Assembly: GCF_038025025.1 (NCBI RefSeq)
Contig: NW_027117341.1
Location: 1,612,001 to 1,676,000 of the forward strand
Length of the DNA: 64,000 bases
Source: Phyllosticta citribraziliensis
Taxonomy: Eukaryota
Reading direction: 5' to 3'
Shown here: positions 60,226 to 64,000 of the stretch, piece by piece
Numbering within the stretch: position 1 is the first letter of the stretch
Layout: every line of letters begins with the position of its first letter
Position numbers and translations under genes: made by a program
The notes under the pieces: model-generated
Databases searched by the model: none
The model's input: the letters and a program-made list of their open reading frames with translations, nothing else
Told to the model about the DNA's origin: nothing

Positions 60226-63200
60226 TCTTTGCTCCTCCGCCTTATTCCCCCTCCTTCCGCAACTCTCCAAACTCTTTTCTACCCTTCGCCAAAAAATAAC
60301 CGGACCCAGTCCGCTGGAACCATTCTGCCTGCCCTTCCTCTCTCCCGCCAGCTGATGCCAAACTTGGCATCCTTCCCGCGACAGGAGCTGCTGCTTTGCC
60401 GGTAGCGTCATTTTTTTGCGATTAGACTTTGGCGCTTTAGAACCTTAAATTCTGGGGCCCCCGTTCGGTCGGCGGCCGTGTATAGTAGGTTCGGCCCGAC
60501 CTGCCTGTTCTGTTTTTGACACGACCACTGCCGCAACTTACCGGACACTTTGTGCTCCCCCTTTTCCGAATTCCTTCGCTTTTGTGCGAAACGGGTCTCT
60601 GCGCCCTTATCTTTTCGTTTGGTCTTTTTGGGTTGACGGCGTTTGGTACGACTACGGTAGACGGAACGATTCTCATCAATAACAACAACAACGGTCCTAC
60701 TTCGCTTCAGCGCCGCGGAGCGGACGAACATCCGATGCGACGGACTGACTGGTCTAAGCAGCAGATCAGGGTCTTTTTTGACAGGCGGTATTTTTGGTTC
60801 ACCACCCACCACAGAGCCGGGTCGCGTATTACCGCATCCGGCAAGGGCAAGGGCGAGGGACTGCAATTGTTCTTGGATTCCTTTTGAGCAGGATGTGAGG
60901 GACGCGAGCGAACAAGCAAGCAAGCGAGAGAGCGGAGCACTTCTGCTGCCTGACTGATTTGGTACATAGAACGCCACGCCACGCCACGCAACGCAGCGCG
61001 TCTTTTTTTCTGTTGAACGGCCATGGCCATGGTTGTTGCGGCGCAAGAAGCGAGAGCCTGCAATGTCAATCAATACGCATTGAATTGAACCCGGTTCGGA
61101 ACGGTGTCGATTGCCTGCCTGCCTGCCTGCCTGCCTGTCTGCCTGCATTCATCTGCGGAACTACATCTGTGCGATCTTCACATCACGGCCAAGCGCAACG
61201 CGACGCGACACTGACAAAAACACTAACAAAGCCCGAAAAAAAGAAAGAAAGAAGAAAAAATGAAACGAAAAATCTCGTTGATCTTCTTCTTCCCCGCAGC
61301 ACCTCGCCCACCACTTCTGGGTCCCGGCGTAGGTGGCCGACCGCCTGCTCATCACCAGCCATCGCCACCGCATCGTCAGCACATCTGTACATCTGCACAT
61401 CTGCCGCGCGAACGGCTGATCAAGGTGATCTGCCCGCCGCGTTGGGGAATATGGATCTCCTGGATTCAGTTTCCCCGGATCGCGGCAGGCAGTGGTCTGC
61501 TAAGGAGACGTGATGTGATGACTGATGAGCTGGCAGATGGGGGGCGCAGGGGGTGATCGTCACCGCGATGATGTCACGGTTGCTGAAGCGGCGCTTCATT
61601 GCGTGATCGTACCCGACGTGCTTCTCTTACTTGCGAATTCACTTTTCACTTTTTCTCGATGCCATTCGCATGCCGATGTTGGGGCCGTTGGTGTTTGGCA
61701 CTCCCTCACCTTTGCCGTGTGCGCTGTCGGTCGCTGCTCGATTCTTTTCAGTCAGACGCTGGAGCCTTTGCCATTTGTCCAACGCATTCTTTCTCTTTGG
61801 GGCATTTGCCGTGGCCGATGCGGTGGAGGATTTGGCAGGGAGGCGCCGAGAGGACAGAGGCTTGTTGTCAAAGGCTGGCACACATCTCGAATGGTCCGCA
61901 GGCGCATGCCGTCAGGACGGAGGATGGCTCTCCGTGCTCCAAGCAGGTATTCGCCTGGATGTTTGCCGATTTTGAACTTACGGGTATGTTGTTTCTCACT
62001 CTCTCTTTCTCCTCATGTCGTCCTTCCGATGAAACGGTGTCTACCCACACGAGAACTTTCTTCGCCGTGTCCGCGACGGCTTTTGGCAAAGGCTCCGAGG
62101 CGAAAGCCAAGACTGCAGCAAATCTCGATGCGCGGTGCGAACCAGCGATCTTGCAACGGCATCTGTGCCCGCATTGCGTCAGCCTTTCTCAGCCTCGCGC
62201 AGCCTTGCAGCCTTGGCCTGACTGTGGCGGATCAGGTGGGATTAGCTGTGGGAAGAGGATGAGCGTCTTCAAGGGAGGCAGTGAGGGAGGGAGGGAGGGC
62301 ACCGACATCAGTGTGCAACAGAGCGTTGATCTGCAGACGTGTTTGCGGTTGAGCTTTTGGTGAGTGTCGGAGAGGACGGTGGCGAGATTGTCGTGGGTTG
62401 TGTTGTCGCTTTTGGAGGAACTGTGAGAGAGGATTGCTCCACAGTTTGCGTTCGAAATGCGGCGAGAGGTGGAGGGGATCGGGGAGGCTGAGGTGGAGTT
62501 GGAGTTCCGTTGGACAAGGTGTGCGACAAGCAGTTGAAGGTGATTGTGTGCTGCCTGGATCTGGCAGGTGCCAGGTGCTCAGTCAGAAACATGCAGCTGC
62601 CGAGCGACCATGGACGTCCATCTCTTTTTCCAGTTGGGTGGCATGCGACGAGGCGTACGCCCTCCGCAAAAGTGCTGACCGCCATGCAGCTGCATCCCGT
62701 CAGTCACCTACCTTACCTCACCTTGCTCTTCTTCGGACTTGTTGCCCGAGCACCTTTCGCGAATGACGGTGGCCTGAACACGGCATCTTGACAACCTCTA
62801 CTTTGGCAGGCCTCGAGGAAACACCCATCGCCGACCGCCAATTTTCACCCAGAGCGCAGCCGCGACGCTTGACGATTTCCCATGCTTAGACATGTTCACG
62901 ACAGGGTTTCACAATCTTCGAGATTACGAAAGCTCAGCGCCGTCGGGTATCTGACCATATTGGACAAGGCTGCTGGTCAGCGATGGCGGCTATACCTTGG
63001 CGGGTGACGGATTTCTCGCGATGGCTTTTCAGTATGATCTCAACCCCGTCAAGATTGATCGTTCGCTTGCAAATCACTCCCATGCGATGATTGACCCTGG
63101 CATCAGGATGAGGCTGATTATTCTTCAATAAAGACTCGATGATGATCATCGAGACCACCTTTTGAACGCCTGCATAATCGTCTTTTAGATCAGTACATCC

Positions 63201-64000
63201 CAGCGCCAGTATGACAAACTGCTCCGAATAACCCTGGCAATCAAACGAGTAGCGCTCCAAGGCCGGGACTGTCAATCCAAGCAAGCCGGTCTCGCCATTT
63301 TACTGTCAGTCGATCCATACCGCCTTGTGGACCATCGAATCCACTAAATCTTCCAAACGGAGCTCCGAATCCTCCAGTCCAACGGAATGCTTTTCAATGT
63401 CTCCGAATTCAACCAAAACTCCAGAGCGGGTGTCGCTCTCTGAACAGGACAACTTCTACTTGGAGCCGACACCAGTCGACGCTCAGCCACTAGAAGAATA
63501 CAATGAGTGTAAGAGATTGACTTGAAACCCTTTTCAGCAGCTGAGACTAATTTTACCCGCCGGGTCTAGGGGACTTACCAGAAAATTGGAGCGCTGTCGA
63601 TGAAAGCAGATTTATTGAGTCTCCAGCGCATGAGACACCGAATACGTACATCTCATTTGGAGACAACAGCACGACATCGACTGTGACCTCCTATGGGAAG
63701 ATTCTCCAAATCACGAAGTATTTTGGCATTGGAGCTTCTGGTTTCTTCACTGTTGATTTGCCGGATATGACGACAGGTGTTTGGACACCGTTGAAATCGG
63801 AACCTCGTACCGAACGTCTTCTTGAACGCTCCGCAGACCCTTCTCAAGGACTGGGACTCTCTGAGCCTTCAATACAAGACCGGGCCCCAAGATTAAGGTT
63901 TGCTGATGATCGTTGGCCCTACTTCGAATTCGAAACACAGAGTTTCTCGATGATTTTGCAGTACAGCATCTTGGAAGATATTGTCGTCCAAAATTATGTC

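Noticed and set aside
63350..63420. Minus-strand EFGDIEK peptide resembling the CobW NEFGD..DIEK
   Set aside because: Short match with no flanking similarity; likely coincidence.

Overview
Gene-dense, GC-rich eukaryotic DNA from a filamentous ascomycete (Pezizomycotina), with short GT-AG introns and CTRAC branch sites. I reconstructed 22 protein-coding genes, most by manual splicing: a thiolase 3' end, 5'-nucleotidase, histidine phosphatase, a hypothetical protein, class II aldolase, a multi-domain homeobox TF, GPI8, a DUF1989 protein, an Arg/Glu/His-rich protein, ARV1, VMA9 (absent from the ORF track), MOB3/phocein, Xaa-Pro aminopeptidase, KRE9-like, PHO85-type cyclin, URA5, NOG1, a C2H2/fungal TF, an F-box-like protein, a membrane protein, a secreted CBM52-like fusion, a LysM protein, CobW/ZNG1 and Mpv17/PMP22. 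I found no rRNA, tRNA, CRISPR array, intact transposon or secondary-metabolite cluster. The window looks like core housekeeping chromosome, and I cannot support a new multi-gene system. The best leads are at gene-architecture and RNA level: a Zn2Cys6-like + TALE + C2H2 TF, a repeat-bearing insertion splitting DUF1989, two alternative C-termini in one gene, a GC-AG intron plus 12-nt microexon in ZNG1, and a self-complementary 502-nt intron in VMA9. Family assignments come from motif recognition, not database searches.
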